Shown one piece after another: positions 43,720 through 55,597 of a DNA stretch of 61,270 bases. This DNA is from Craspedostauros australis. Lineage: Eukaryota. Made by a program: the position numbers and the translations under genes. Location: assembly GCA_030167865.1 (NCBI GenBank), contig JALAGF010003917.1, positions 1 through 61,270 of the forward strand, read 5' to 3'. Position 1 is the first letter of the stretch. Each line of letters starts with the position of its first letter. The notes beneath the pieces are model-generated. The model was not told the DNA's origin. It did not search any database and worked only from the letters and a program-made list of their open reading frames with translations.

Positions 43720-45114
43720 TCAGTAGGGACCCACGGACATCTTCTTGCGTTCCCTTCGATTCTTGCCGCCACCTCTTCGACCCACCACGGCGCTGCTCCT
43801 CCGAATTGACGACTGCAGTGGCACCGCGACGGTTCGGCTCGATTGCGGCAGGACGAGATTCCATTCGCATATCCGGGCGTCCTCCCCCGCCGTGACAAAG
43901 ACGCTGGGCGACACGAATGACCAGTCGCGCAGGATGCCGCGATGACCGCTGCGCAGGACGTTCTGTATCGCGATGCCGTGATCGTCGATCTTGAAGAGCT
44001 GCGTGTCGCCGCAGGAGCTGCCGCCGAGCAGGAACAGCTCCTGCTGCAGCACGTCCCAATGGCAGTTGACGAGGTAGTCGACGCGATCGCTTTCGGCGGC
44101 GCCAATCATGGCGGGCACATCCATCATGCCGCGATCGATGCCGGGTGTTTGGGTGGCCTGCGTGGTCAGGTGCGTCAGATGCTGGCGCAGGCCCGGGCCA
44201 AAGTCCTTCTGGCAGATGCTGTTGTCCATCTGCCACAGCTTGAGCGTCTCGCATCCCGTGAGCGTGTAGATGGCCGACGATTGCGGACCGAAGAAGCCGA
44301 GACGACGGATGGACGATTGAGTCGTGAGGACGTTCTGCAGCGCGGCCTCTTCCGTCGGATGCTTCGTGTCGAAGACGTTGACGAGACCGTCCTCCCCGCC
44401 GGATGCAAACACCGACGTCGTCGTCGTGGTCGTCCCGAAGGACGCCATCGTCTGGAACTCCACCTGCGTCACTTCATCCGTGTGCGCGTGCTGGTACGTT
44501 CCCAGCAACCCAGACGTGCCGCGGATGTCAAAGAAGTGCACGCGTGATTTGCTGCTGCCGACTGCGGCGATGGCGCCCTCAAATCCCAACGAAACGGACA
44601 GCGCAGCCTCACCAGCAAGCGGGAGCTTGAGTTGCATCTTGGGAGCAGATTCGCGGATGTCGTAGAGCGCGACGGTGCCATCGTTGGAGGCCGTGACGAG
44701 CACGTGAGGATTGGTGGTGGTGGGATCGCCCGTGAGTTCGTTGACGAAGCCGTGACTGCTGCCTCCTCCCTTGGTGACGATCTTCTGCTTGACATGCAGC
44801 CTCTCCTGATCGTAGATGTGAACCTCCCCGTTGCTGATTGCGCAGCCGATCCAGCCGTGCATCGCCTTCAAACTGAGGACCCAGTCGCCTTGATCATAGT
44901 AGTTGCAGTTCTCCTCCGCTCCATCTCCTGCATCTCCTCCATCCACTCCATCTCCTCCATCCACTCCATCTCCCATGCTGCTCTCCGAGGACGTCGTTGA
45001 CGCATTCGTCAAGGTGGATGCTGAGGCGTTGAAGCGCGAGGCCTTGACCTTCGGATTGAAGCTCGTGACAATCGTCCGGCTCGGTGTGATCTTTCCCTTG
45101 CTCAACATCGTCAT
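43720..45114 (-). CDS. WDR89: WD40-repeat protein, WDR89-like
   Basis: WD-like repeats ending in YD, FD and WN, plus family-like segments HTDEVTQVEF, SGGEDGLVNVFD...EEAAL and DYLVNC. Confidence 0.7.
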   Translation of the reverse strand: MTMLSKGKITPSRTIVTSFNPKVKASRFNASASTLTNASTTSSESSMGDGVDGGDGVDGGDAGDGAEENCNYYDQGDWVLSLKAMHGWIGCAISNGEVHIYDQERLHVKQKIVTKGGGSSHGFVNELTGDPTTTNPHVLVTASNDGTVALYDIRESAPKMQLKLPLAGEAALSVSLGFEGAIAAVGSSKSRVHFFDIRGTSGLLGTYQHAHTDEVTQVEFQTMASFGTTTTTTSVFASGGEDGLVNVFDTKHPTEEAALQNVLTTQSSIRRLGFFGPQSSAIYTLTGCETLKLWQMDNSICQKDFGPGLRQHLTHLTTQATQTPGIDRGMMDVPAMIGAAESDRVDYLVNCHWDVLQQELFLLGGSSCGDTQLFKIDDHGIAIQNVLRSGHRGILRDWSFVSPSVFVTAGEDARICEWNLVLPQSSRTVAVPLQSSIRRSSAVVGRRGGGKNRRERKKMSVGPY

Positions 45115-46621
45115 ACTTCCTCCTTCCTTCCTTTCTTCCTTCCTTCCTTCCTTTCTTTCCTCGTTCGTCAGCAAACAACGATGCACAAGAACTCGACTGA
45201 TACGCCCAACTCAATTCAACCCTTTTCGATGCAATGCAATCCAGTCCAATCCAATACAATGCAACACGACACAGCAGAATACAAGATGGAATACAAGAGA
45301 AGGAACGCAATGCAACGCAACGCAATTCAATTCAATTCAATTCAATGCAATGACAGGAGATGACACGAGATGGAGCGTCAAGAGGCGGTACTTGTTCCAC
45401 AGAAGAGCAATCCAATTCACCAACGAACACAATCAGCACGCGAAACACGTGCACAAACGAGTTGGTCGCGTTGGCGCGGCAATTTCAAATTCACTCTGTT
45501 GGCTGGTGGGACAGAGTGAGTCATGCATAACGGGCCAATGGGAAGCTTGTCCGTATCCTCTGTTTTGGTCTGGACTGCGTGCGGTATTCCATTTTTTGGC
45601 GACGTGTTTGAACGAAGGCGAAGTTGGGGCAAACTATCTCATGGAGTGCAGAGTCAAGACACAATCTCAGATTCCGTTGTTTGGCATCGATAGATCGCAG
45701 GGACGGAAGATGATGCGACGTTGCAGCTTGCAGATGTCCTTGGTGAATGCTTTGACAGAGGCATCGCTCTGTCTTTGGCGGAAGGCATCTTCCATAGAAG
45801 TTGGTCCAATGGCATTGCGATGCTGAATGAAACAGGATTCATAGTTCCGGCTTATATACTGCACGTATTCGACGAGAAAGTGACTCTGCGTCTACACCTG
45901 GAACGCTGATCCCAAGAGCATGATGCTCTGAACTCCATCCTCTGGCTCTATTCTACTCGAAGATGATTTGGTTTGTACAGGAATGAGGTTTACGCTGTTA
46001 TAAATGTGTTTACGGATTTGCGTTTGCATGTCACATTACATGCAGACCCTCATTCTGCGAGAAGTAAGTCAATGAGTTCACTTGGAAGAAAGTTCTGTGA
46101 ACCTCGAATGAGTCTTTCCCAAGGTTGCGGTGTTGTTGGCATAAATGCATGGTTGCGAATGTGTGGATGAAAGCACGTTTCTACTCGTGCTTGTGCATCT
46201 GTGCACATTCTCAGCCACTGTTGCACCTGCTGCGACGAGCATGCGAAGTCGTTGCGTGCCTGCCAGGTGTGTCGCGGAAGTTGTGGTTGAATGTTGGTTT
46301 GCCGGATGGTATCGTTGCTCTTCGGAACGCTGGTACTTGAATGCGCCGTATCATGTCACAATGCAGTTCATTGCATGACATAACGAACGCGGTCGCCCAT
46401 CTCTCCAAGTGACTTCCTCCTCAACAGGAAAGGAAGGGAATGCGAGATAGAGAGCAGAACACCATCCTGTGCTTCTTCGTGATGCTTCGCGCGCAAACTC
46501 ATCAGTGCGGACCGTGCGTCATCGCCGCCATCCAGCTGGATGGGTTGTGATCCAGTCAAGAAATATGAGGGAAAGCTACACGGCCACGCTGTGATGCGCA
46601 CAAGACACTGCGACAGCGAAC

Positions 46622-48134
46622 TTAGCTGAGGCCTGGGAAGTTGTCGGTGATGATGTTGTGGTTGTATGGTCCCATGTAGTCACCGGCGTATGCTGGGATG
46701 ATTCCCTTCAAGGCTGGGACGGCACCCTCGGCCTTGGACTCGGAGAGGAATCCGAAGATGCCGAGCATGGCAAGGCGTCCGTTGTTGATCTCCTTGACGA
46801 GACCGGAGGCCTTGGCTTCCTCGGAGCGGTTCTTCGACCAGCCGAATGGGTCGTAGAGGTTGAGGGCGCCTCCTGGGATGTAGTTGGCATCGAAGGCTGG
46901 GAACTCACCTGGCTTTCCACCGGCCATGTAGTGCTTGTCCGACTTCAGCTCACGCCACTGTATTCGCGTTCGTGAGAATATACGTTGCGATTGAACATGA
47001 CCCCGTAAGCACAGAATACAGTGTCACCATCCACCCAGTTCAACACGAAGGAGAAAGAGCCAATTGTGAATCCCAATGCGTTACATCCCGAGTTGAACGA
47101 GTGACGCAATTGTGGTTGCAACAAGGTGTAGCGTAGTGTATGGTGTTGATTTGCATTGGTGCCCATTGATTTCCAACAGAGCAGTTTGGAACAGTTGAAT
47201 CGAATATGAGGATTGAATTTGATGTGTGAGATGGGAGATGCGTAATGCATGGCAGGTGCTGCAACAAGGGATTCACTCCGATGAAATCAACGTCAAACGC
47301 CAAACGCCGGATGACTGATCAATTTGAACCAGCCAAAGTACAGCAAACCAAACCACAGGTCGAGCAAACCAAACCCGATAGGATGCACTTACGACCTCGA
47401 GGAAACCGATGAAGGTGATGATCTGGTACTTGGCAGCGTCAGAGATGGAGTCCCAGGCCTCTGGCGCGCTGCTGACGGTTGGGAATGGAGTTCCGTCCAT
47501 CTGCATGGCCCATGGGAAGGTGATTCCGTTGGCGTGCACGATGTATCCAACGAAGGCTGCCATGGCAATGCGTCCATGCTGTGAAGGTCAGAAATAAAGC
47601 GTGTAGATCATGTCGGGATGGGATGGGCACGATTGGTTACGGTGGGTGAGCAGAGCAACGGATGAAGTGAGAGTTTGTGCTGCGATATACTACAACGCAA
47701 TGCACTTGTGGCAGATGCAGTAATTCACGATACAACCAATGATCATGGCTGGCAAATCCCCTCATCTCCACACAAATGAAGCAATGACTAAATACGTGAA
47801 AATGACCACAACCGATAACCCGACAGATGACACGACATGAAGCAGCAGCAATAGAAGCAACTGGAGTAGAGCGGAGGAGGTCCGATACAAACGAACGCAC
47901 CTTGATCTCAGACTCGCGAAGGAATCCGATGGTGGCCTCGCTGCTGGTACCCCAGAAGTTCTGCTCCGCAAGTCCGAGCGGATCGAAGAAGCCGAGGATC
48001 GGGTTGCACTTCTTGGCGAGGACGGCGAGGTCCTCCGCGGTCTCCTGGACGGCGACGGAGGTGCGGGCCTGCTTGGCGGCTGGTGCGAACGCAGCGGCGG
48101 AGGCGACGAGGGAGGCGAGAACGGCGGTCTTCAT
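46622..48134 (-). CDS. Light-harvesting complex (fucoxanthin-chlorophyll a/c binding) protein, possibly Lhcq-type, about 251 aa. Exons 48134-47901, 47578-47393, 46957-46622
   Basis: Signal peptide plus AAAFAP motif; FFDPLGL; helix 1 RESEIK|HGRIAM restored across intron 1; LEV|WRE...HYMAGGKPG; YDPFG; helix 3 EINNGRLAMLGIFG. The subfamily call is from memory only. Confidence 0.93.
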
Positions 48135-48556
48135 GGTGGTCGTTGGGTGGGGTGTTTTGCTGAGGGGCTGGTGTTGGTTTTATCCTCCTTCGTTCAGCGG
48201 GTCGGGGTGCCTGAGGACGCAGGATACCTTCTCGTCGTTCGCCCATTGTCGCCGTCTTCCTCCTTGCTTCCTCATCCCTTCGTGCAGTTCGCAGCGGTAC
48301 GACTACGTGCGCTTCTCGTGGTGTTCCGCCAAAGCCTCCGCAAAGATCGGCGCAAACCAACTTCAAGATCCAGCCGTGGTTTTTCTTCCTGCTTGTTTAG
48401 TCAACTTAGTCAAAGAGTACATCCAGTCACGATCACAACAATTACATTCGTGATTTGGAGCACATCGCAAACGTGTGTCGAGTTCTCATACACGGTTGAA
48501 GAGGTCTTTCGTTCGATGCCAGACGGTCGTGATTCTCTTGTCCGTTGAAAGTCACA

Positions 48557-48566
48557 ATGACGTCAT
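48557..48566. promoter_or_regulatory. Palindromic ATGACGTCAT (bZIP/aureochrome-type TGACGT core) about 420 bp upstream of the LHC start codon
   Basis: Perfect 10-bp palindrome in the divergent region between the LHC gene and the 49506 gene; a second TGACGT lies at 49045-49050. A motif this short can occur by chance. Confidence 0.3.
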
Positions 48567-49505
48567 GAATCGGAGTCTGCTTTGGAACTTCAGCCGTTGC
48601 TCGCCGAGGTCGCTTCCGTGTTCGCTTCGTTCGTGGTGGGCTGTTGTTGTGTTGGTGTCAAGCAAATGCGCTGGCGACTGTGGAGAAAGCTCGTATTCGC
48701 GCAGAGCGCACGTTGTGTCCACTTCCCAAGGTGGGTGCGAACATCTATGCTAGCGTCAGCAATGACCTGGCTCAGCTAGTGACTGGAAATTCATAACCGA
48801 AATCCATCGATAGAGTCTTCTTGAGGGTTTGTTATCATAAGCCTTTGATACGTTGTGGAAGGCCCTGGAAGGTTCCATTGGTTGAAGTACATGACCTTCG
48901 CTCCCGTTTTACTCGAGTCAGGAGTCCGCGAACACAATCGAATTAGGCACAAACGCAAAAAGGCAGGCAAAAACGGTCCGACCACCACGCACGCCAACGA
49001 AAAGCCCGTAGCGTGCACGGCGTCGTGTTCTCGTCAAACTGTTCTGACGTGAAAATAACCGCCCACTCAACGCGCTTCTCCCGTGTTGGAGGAAAGCAGG
49101 GTCGCATTCGTGCACAGTTTTCTGTGCGATCCCGAACACGCACCACACACACGAACGATTCGAACAAACCACCACTTGCCACCACGCAGGGCGCTTGCTG
49201 CTTTGCCTGTCACCAACCTGGCGATTCTGCTTGATCGTGTCAACGCCTCCTCGTTTGCGTGCCACCACACCAGTTCGCAACGCTCCAGATCGCATCCGTC
49301 CATCCATCTGTTCATCTGTTCATCTGTTCATCTGTTCATCCATCCATTCGTCATAAAATCCAAAGACACGAAGCAAAAGAAGAAGCCATCATCCCCAACC
49401 AGCCATCACCAGCCATCATCAGCCATCACCAGCCATCAGTCACAACACCGTACAATCTCATATATAATAGCTACTGTTACTTTATACTAACAGAATTGAA
49501 CAACC

Positions 49506-50348
49506 ATGATGCTCACCCAAAACACCCTCGAACAGCAGCAAGAACAGCAGATCCAGAGCAGGATTGAGCCTCAGATGCTCGATGAAGCCAAGGATCAGCA
49601 GCAGCACAGCATCGCCATTGTTCCTGGCTCTGCCTCCGCCTCTGTGGATGCCAGCGTCGGCGATAGTGATGCCAATGCTGCTGGCTCCTCACCCACCAAC
49701 GATCTGGCAGCCACATCCATCGACTGCCTGTCGCAATCCAGCGACAGCGTCACCGACTGCTCGACTTCCATGGCCGCCATGGCCCAAGATGAGACGCAGC
49801 CCATCGTCGGCGACCGCTGCGTCCAATTCGGTTCCGTGGATGTCCACGTTCACCCCATCACACTGGCATTGCCGCCAGCCATGCCCATCCTCGGCGCCCC
49901 CATCCAGCTGGGTTGGAACCGCACGGAGACCTACACCGTCACGGTCGATGAATACGAATCCCAGCACCGGCACAACCACGCCACGGACTTCCACCAGCTG
50001 CGCATATCATCCTCCGTCCGCGAGAACTGGCTCAAGTTCGCTGGCTACAGCCGCGTGCAGATAGAGTTCGTGCGCAATCTGTCCTCCAAGGAGTGCACCA
50101 ACTCGGCCAGCAGCATCTCCAACAAGGCGCTCATGGACAAGATCTACGGCGCCGACAAGACCAGGCTGATGAAGCAGAAGAGCAAGGCTGCCAAGAAGAT
50201 GAACGACAAGGACAACAAGCAGAAGAAGGCACCCGGCAAGCGTTTCGCGAAGTGGATCAGTAAGAGGGTCCTGTCATCATCCAAGAAGGATTCCAAAGCG
50301 ACAACGCCTGTCGCGCAACAGCAGAAGCAGCAGCAGCAGAAACAGTGA
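49506..50348 (+). CDS. Hypothetical protein (280 aa) with an RVxF-like motif and a conserved core of about 85 aa; tandem paralogue 1
   Basis: Core RCVQFGSVDVHVHPI...PPAMPILGAPIQLGW...TVDEYE..HRHNHAT.F..LRISSSVRENWLK.AGYSR.QIE is shared with 52178-52951. Start context accATGATG. Confidence 0.85.
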   Translation: MMLTQNTLEQQQEQQIQSRIEPQMLDEAKDQQQHSIAIVPGSASASVDASVGDSDANAAGSSPTNDLAATSIDCLSQSSDSVTDCSTSMAAMAQDETQPIVGDRCVQFGSVDVHVHPITLALPPAMPILGAPIQLGWNRTETYTVTVDEYESQHRHNHATDFHQLRISSSVRENWLKFAGYSRVQIEFVRNLSSKECTNSASSISNKALMDKIYGADKTRLMKQKSKAAKKMNDKDNKQKKAPGKRFAKWISKRVLSSSKKDSKATTPVAQQQKQQQQKQ

Positions 50349-52177
50349 AAGCGAGAGTGTCATCAGTGATCAGTGATCATGACAAACCACATCCAGACCA
50401 CAACGAAGCAATCATCAATCAATAACAGCAATACATATCAGCAATACATATCAGCAATACATAACCACAATTTTGAGCATACACACGCGCACGAATTCAC
50501 TGCAGTAACATTCGCAAAGCAGATCCAAAAGGAGCATCAGATAGATCGCGACTCCTTTCCATGCTTTCTCGTTTGTCCATTAACGTCAGACCACCTCCAA
50601 TGAGCAGTCGGTCGGGACTCACAGCTGTTTCCATCGGCACGTGAATACAACTTGCACAGAGAGAGAAGAGAGGTTCTGTCTTGTTGGCATCAAGACGTGC
50701 ACTTTCACTCGCACACAATAGTTCGCAACACGCTATCAACCCAATCCATGTTTTTGTCGCTTCGCTGTTCAACAAAAGACATTCCGATTGATCTGTGACG
50801 ATCCAAAGCAATCTTGCATTGGGTGTGCGTGTGCGTGGTCGGATGGAAGGCGTAATGATCCACCCGAGCGTGGCACATGAGAACATCACCAACATCGCCG
50901 ACAATATCATATACAGAAGCCGCTCCGGAGCAGGATGCGCTGTGTGGACATTCCCCTTGGGTTCTGCGCTACTCGCACAGTCCCATGCTAGCTACGCATT
51001 CCTGTCCTGCGCTCCATTCCCTGTCCATTCCTCATGAATTGCACAGGGCAGACACATATTCACATGGTATTCCGAGCCGTCTCTTTGGTTGGCGCAAAGC
51101 CAATGCCAATGTCGAGGCTGGAAACACATTGCCACTTGCGTTGCTACATGCGTTGCTACTTGCATCGCTACATGCGTTGTTCATCAACTCTGTTCGTACG
51201 TATGATGATGCTGGAGCATGCCACATCCGCCAAGGATGATGAACTTTGAAGCCGCTTCGGCAGGTCACCGATGCAAGTACGGTTCAGGTTGGCGGAGTGT
51301 TTAAAGATACGTCCTCTGTGTCTCTCGATCATCGCTGCACGAGGTCCAGTTCGAAGAGTGGTTCTGTCCATATCAAACAGACAGACAATATTGAAAAACA
51401 GACACAACAATCGCAACTTTCATTGTCGACACAAACATACAGACACTCGAAATGATGGAAATGATCCAGTTTCTTGTCAAAATATCCATCATTGTATACA
51501 ATATGGCAAGACGCAATGTTCCAAGAACCAATTCTGTGTGGGTTGTTTTCGCTTCTCGTCGATCTTGATCGGTATTCAAGTTCGGCTTCTTAGGTTCTCA
51601 ATGCAATGTTGGAACTGAGCTCAGCTTCGCTCAACACTTGTTGCGGCCAGTTTCTTGTCGAGATATTTATCATGTGTCGACGACAAAGCGGCTAATTGTT
51701 TCGATGTCCGACATCGCAGTGACTACCATACATCTCTGTGTGAATGGCAGATGTGTGTTTGGGCACAAGCGAAAAGTGGTTGGTGGCGTTGTTCTTGGGT
51801 GTTGTGTGTGCGAGTGAATTCAAGCGAACAGTACCAGCAAAGCACTTTGAGTGTACCATCATTCCCAATGTCAGTATGTCGCAGCATCCCGAGTGACACA
51901 CGAGACACAGTTCGCTGCTGTGGTTGCCTGGAAGTTCGTCATCGCTAGCTGCAACACGGAAGCGGAGGATCATGATCTTGGAATCGAACCAATTACTTGT
52001 TGGTTGCTCGTGTTCGCGACCTGATGGTGAGAGGTGTCACCCAAGAGTACCATGTCATCACTTCAATCTGGAGCTCTTCCACTTGGGTCTGCAATCTTCC
52101 ATAAAATCACAACCAACCGATCCACGATCAATAACCTCGTCACACGCTAATAGAACGCGTAACATACTCTCATCACC

Positions 52178-52951
52178 ATGATGCTCACAGAGACCAACAG
52201 TAAGAACCACCTGCCAAAGGAGCAGAACAAGCAGCAGCCATATACCAACGCTGAGACGATGGACAAGCTCCAGATCAGCACAGCGACGAAGACAGAACCT
52301 GACAGATCATCGGTCAGCACGGCAACCACCGTATCCACCGATCCGCTGTCGGCTTCCGAGAGATCCATCGCTTCGCTCAACATGGAGGACACAGAGAACG
52401 ACGTGGAGGACGCCGTCGTGCACCACGACGCGGACAAGAGCCGCCGCGTTCAGTTCGGTTGCGTTCACGTGCACACGCATCCCATCGTGATGGGCCTGCC
52501 GCCCGCCATGCCCATGATCGGAGCTCCCATCCAGCTGGGTTGGACGAAGCAGGAGTCCATGTCCGTCACGATCGATGAGTACGAGACGGACCACCGCCAC
52601 AACCACGCAACCGAGTTCAAGGCCTTGCGCATCGCCTCATCCGTCCGCGAGAACTGGCTCAAGAACGCCGGGTACAGCCGCATGCAGATCGAGTACGTGC
52701 GCAATCTGGCCTCCGACGAGAGTGCTGACAAGTCCTTCGAAAAGCTCGGCGCCGCTCTGCTCAATCAGATCTACACCAAGAAGGGGAAGAAGTCCAAGAA
52801 GTCCAGCAAGACCAAGTCACGCTCTGGCAAGGCATCGCGCAGTCTCAGCCCGCCAAGACGCCTCGTCAACTGGGTCGGCAAGCGCATGGCTGGATCCAAG
52901 CAGCCGCAGCTGCCGACGATGGCTCCCTTGGATGATAGCGCCTCACTGTGA
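52178..52951 (+). CDS. Hypothetical protein (257 aa) with an RVxF-like motif; tandem paralogue 2
   Basis: Same core (RRVQFGCVHVHTHPI...GAPIQLGW...IDEYE..HRHNHAT...SSVRENWLK), same MMLT start and a basic C-terminal tail. Confidence 0.85.
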   Translation: MMLTETNSKNHLPKEQNKQQPYTNAETMDKLQISTATKTEPDRSSVSTATTVSTDPLSASERSIASLNMEDTENDVEDAVVHHDADKSRRVQFGCVHVHTHPIVMGLPPAMPMIGAPIQLGWTKQESMSVTIDEYETDHRHNHATEFKALRIASSVRENWLKNAGYSRMQIEYVRNLASDESADKSFEKLGAALLNQIYTKKGKKSKKSSKTKSRSGKASRSLSPPRRLVNWVGKRMAGSKQPQLPTMAPLDDSASL

Positions 52952-53937
52952 GGTAGTCATCATAAGAGAGCAGGCTTGGGCAAGGCTGTTCGCTTCGAAA
53001 CAGCTCTTGCCTTGGAACGATGCTGGACCCACTTTTGAAAGAAGCTTTCGTGCCGAGATACGGATCGTGCCGTCAACTCCACCGCCACAATCACGGAACC
53101 TCCATGCGCTTACATCCGCTGGATCGCACGATCTATTACACATCATACCGCTATCATGATGGAACGGCATGCGAGCAGAGAGCAATAAATTGCTCTTGTG
53201 CAAAGACGATGCCATCATCCTGGAGGAAAAACGCACGAAACATACAGCACGAATAGATGATAAACATTTTTGACACTCACGCTTTCCTTGTGGTTGTCAC
53301 TTGTGTATGCAGGCATGATGCGACATGGTGACACGGTCAATTGTCATGATGCCTTCATCGAACGTTGAAGAGGGGAACAGATGTGACCTGTCGAGGAGTG
53401 ACACAGAATCCCTGCCGCGGAGAGGTTGGAGATGCAGCCAGACCGTCTGTCCGTGAGAGTACGATCTGCGATCTAGAGTACTCAACGATCTATGCACACT
53501 TCCACCTAGTGTTACTCGGGCAGCTAGTCATAGCACTGGGCGAGCAGCACACAGCACAGGGCAGCCAGGAGATAGTTCTTCAATCGGCATTGCAGTGCGC
53601 AATGCAATGCCGCAGCGCAGATGATGCCGCCAACGCAAGCAGAACAGAAAGAGAGCAGATCCATCGATTGTTCATCCGTGTTTTCATGTGTCGGACTGTG
53701 TGCTTGGCTATATTGTGACACAGCACCATGCTCTAATGTAATGATGGAGTATTCTCTCCTGCGTTGAGAGAAGCGCATGCACACCATTGCTGCGCTCTGC
53801 TGCACTGCCATGCGCCGAGCAGATCCGACAATCCAAAACTCTGTCTTCCATAGCGACGTTCTCGCTCAACCATCTCTCTCACTCTTGCTTTCTGCGCACA
53901 AGCATGAACCACGCTCCATGCACACTGGTAGACAGCC

Positions 53938-54993
53938 TCACTGCTTCGCTCCACTGGTGCTGCCGCCACCGTTACGAACGGAGACGGGACTTGCCTCCGT
54001 GGATGATATGGAAACATCCGGCGATGCCGCCTTGAGACGACGACGCACCGGCGGGTTGGGACTGAGGGGACCCTCGTCATCCGAAACCTCGTGATGGTGC
54101 TGATGCTTCTGCTGCGCCGCCTGCACTTCCTGCGCCTCTATGGCCCGGTCGAACTGCTTGGAAGTGTCGTCGTTGAGGAGGCTGGTCATGAGCGTGCTGA
54201 GGCGCCACTGCACCGCCTCCACCTGCTCGATGTCGAGGTCGGCGATCTTGCAGACGTTCTTGGTGAACTTCTGGATGGCCCTGGGCGGCAGCAGCGCGGA
54301 ATCCATGCCCTCCATGGCGTTGAGCAGGGCCGCCATGCCCACCACGGAGGGCTTGAGCTTGACGAAGGCGTGGTCGGCCACGGCCAGCTCGGTCTGGTAG
54401 CGCGCGTAGTCGAAGACGGCGACCGTGACGCACTCGTGGACGGTGTCGGGCAGGTACATGAGGTAGTTCTGCACGAAGGATAGCGTGGTGGGGCCGCTGA
54501 CCCTCCACACGAGGGCCTCTAATATCTTCTTCTCCATGTTGGCGAACTCCATCTCCGTGTAGCAGCCGCGGCTGAGGTCGGCCAGCAGCGACGTCTCCAT
54601 CTCCAGGGGCTCGTGCAGCTTGATGGCGATGTAGAGGCAGGTCATGGCCACGAGCTGGTACTCCTTGCGGTCGCTGAGCGCGTGCTTGCCCAGGTCCGAG
54701 CACAGGTACCTGTCCAGGTAGGACATGCCGATGCCCACCGTCTCGCGGCGGAACTTGCAGAAGTCCACCACCTGGTAGCACCATTCGCACATCTTCACGC
54801 GGCAGTCCTCGTCCACGGGCTTGGCCGCCTTCTTGCGCATGGAGGCGTTCACGATCAGGTAGTCGAAGCACTTGTACTCGTGGCTCTCCTGGTGCATCAT
54901 GGTGTGCAGCCGATCCGGGATGTCGCGCAGCTCATGCCATGGCAGCAAGGGCTTCTCCAGGTCTGCGGCGGTTAGATTCAGTGCGCGTGGCAT
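53938..54993 (-). CDS. Cyclin, diatom-specific (dsCYC)-type
   Basis: Cyclin box CRVKMCEWCYQVVDFCKFRRETVGIGMSYLDRYL, YQLVAMTCLYIAIKLHEP, MEKKILEALVWRVSGPT, and C-terminal fold YQTELAV.D..FV..KPS.VG.AA. Intronless, with strong G/C third-position bias. Confidence 0.92.
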   Translation of the reverse strand: MPRALNLTAADLEKPLLPWHELRDIPDRLHTMMHQESHEYKCFDYLIVNASMRKKAAKPVDEDCRVKMCEWCYQVVDFCKFRRETVGIGMSYLDRYLCSDLGKHALSDRKEYQLVAMTCLYIAIKLHEPLEMETSLLADLSRGCYTEMEFANMEKKILEALVWRVSGPTTLSFVQNYLMYLPDTVHECVTVAVFDYARYQTELAVADHAFVKLKPSVVGMAALLNAMEGMDSALLPPRAIQKFTKNVCKIADLDIEQVEAVQWRLSTLMTSLLNDDTSKQFDRAIEAQEVQAAQQKHQHHHEVSDDEGPLSPNPPVRRRLKAASPDVSISSTEASPVSVRNGGGSTSGAKQ

Positions 54994-55597
54994 GTTTCTG
55001 TTCTTATGTTGTAATATAATATATTGCGTCTGTTACAATCTATTGCGTCTGTCAGGGGTCTGTCAGGGGTATAAAGGTGAGTAGAGCAGAGTAGAGTGGA
55101 GCACAGAAGAGTGCTGTTGTTGTGGTTGGTTCTCGCTCTCTTTGCCACAGAACGAAGCGTAGCCCGGAGTGCGGTCCGTTGGTGTTTGCGCGCCATTGTC
55201 CCCCCGAATCTTGGTCCAACAACAACCACACACACACACGCAACCACACACACAAACACATCCACCACAAAAGGCCTCCACGGTCATCGTCTCACCATCA
55301 ACAACCGCCAAGAGTTATCGTCCTTTCACATCTCCGTCACAAAGAACCCTCACCGTCGCAAGAAGTCACAAATCTCCGACCAAAACCGCGAATGGAATTC
55401 ACCAATCAAAACGGATGAGAACGATTATCCTGAAGTCATGCTGGTCGATGAGAAACGGACTACAACACAAAGTTCGAGCGAGTCAATCCAGTCATGCTCA
55501 ACAAACCCCAAATATACTCGATTAGGCCCTTACGAAACAACCAAAACAGAAAACCAACACCAAGACGCAACTCCCACCGCACAATCTGAAGTCGACC

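Noticed and set aside
44903-45826. 307-aa + strand ORF
   Set aside because: It runs antisense to WDR89 and through microsatellites, so its translation just reflects those repeats.
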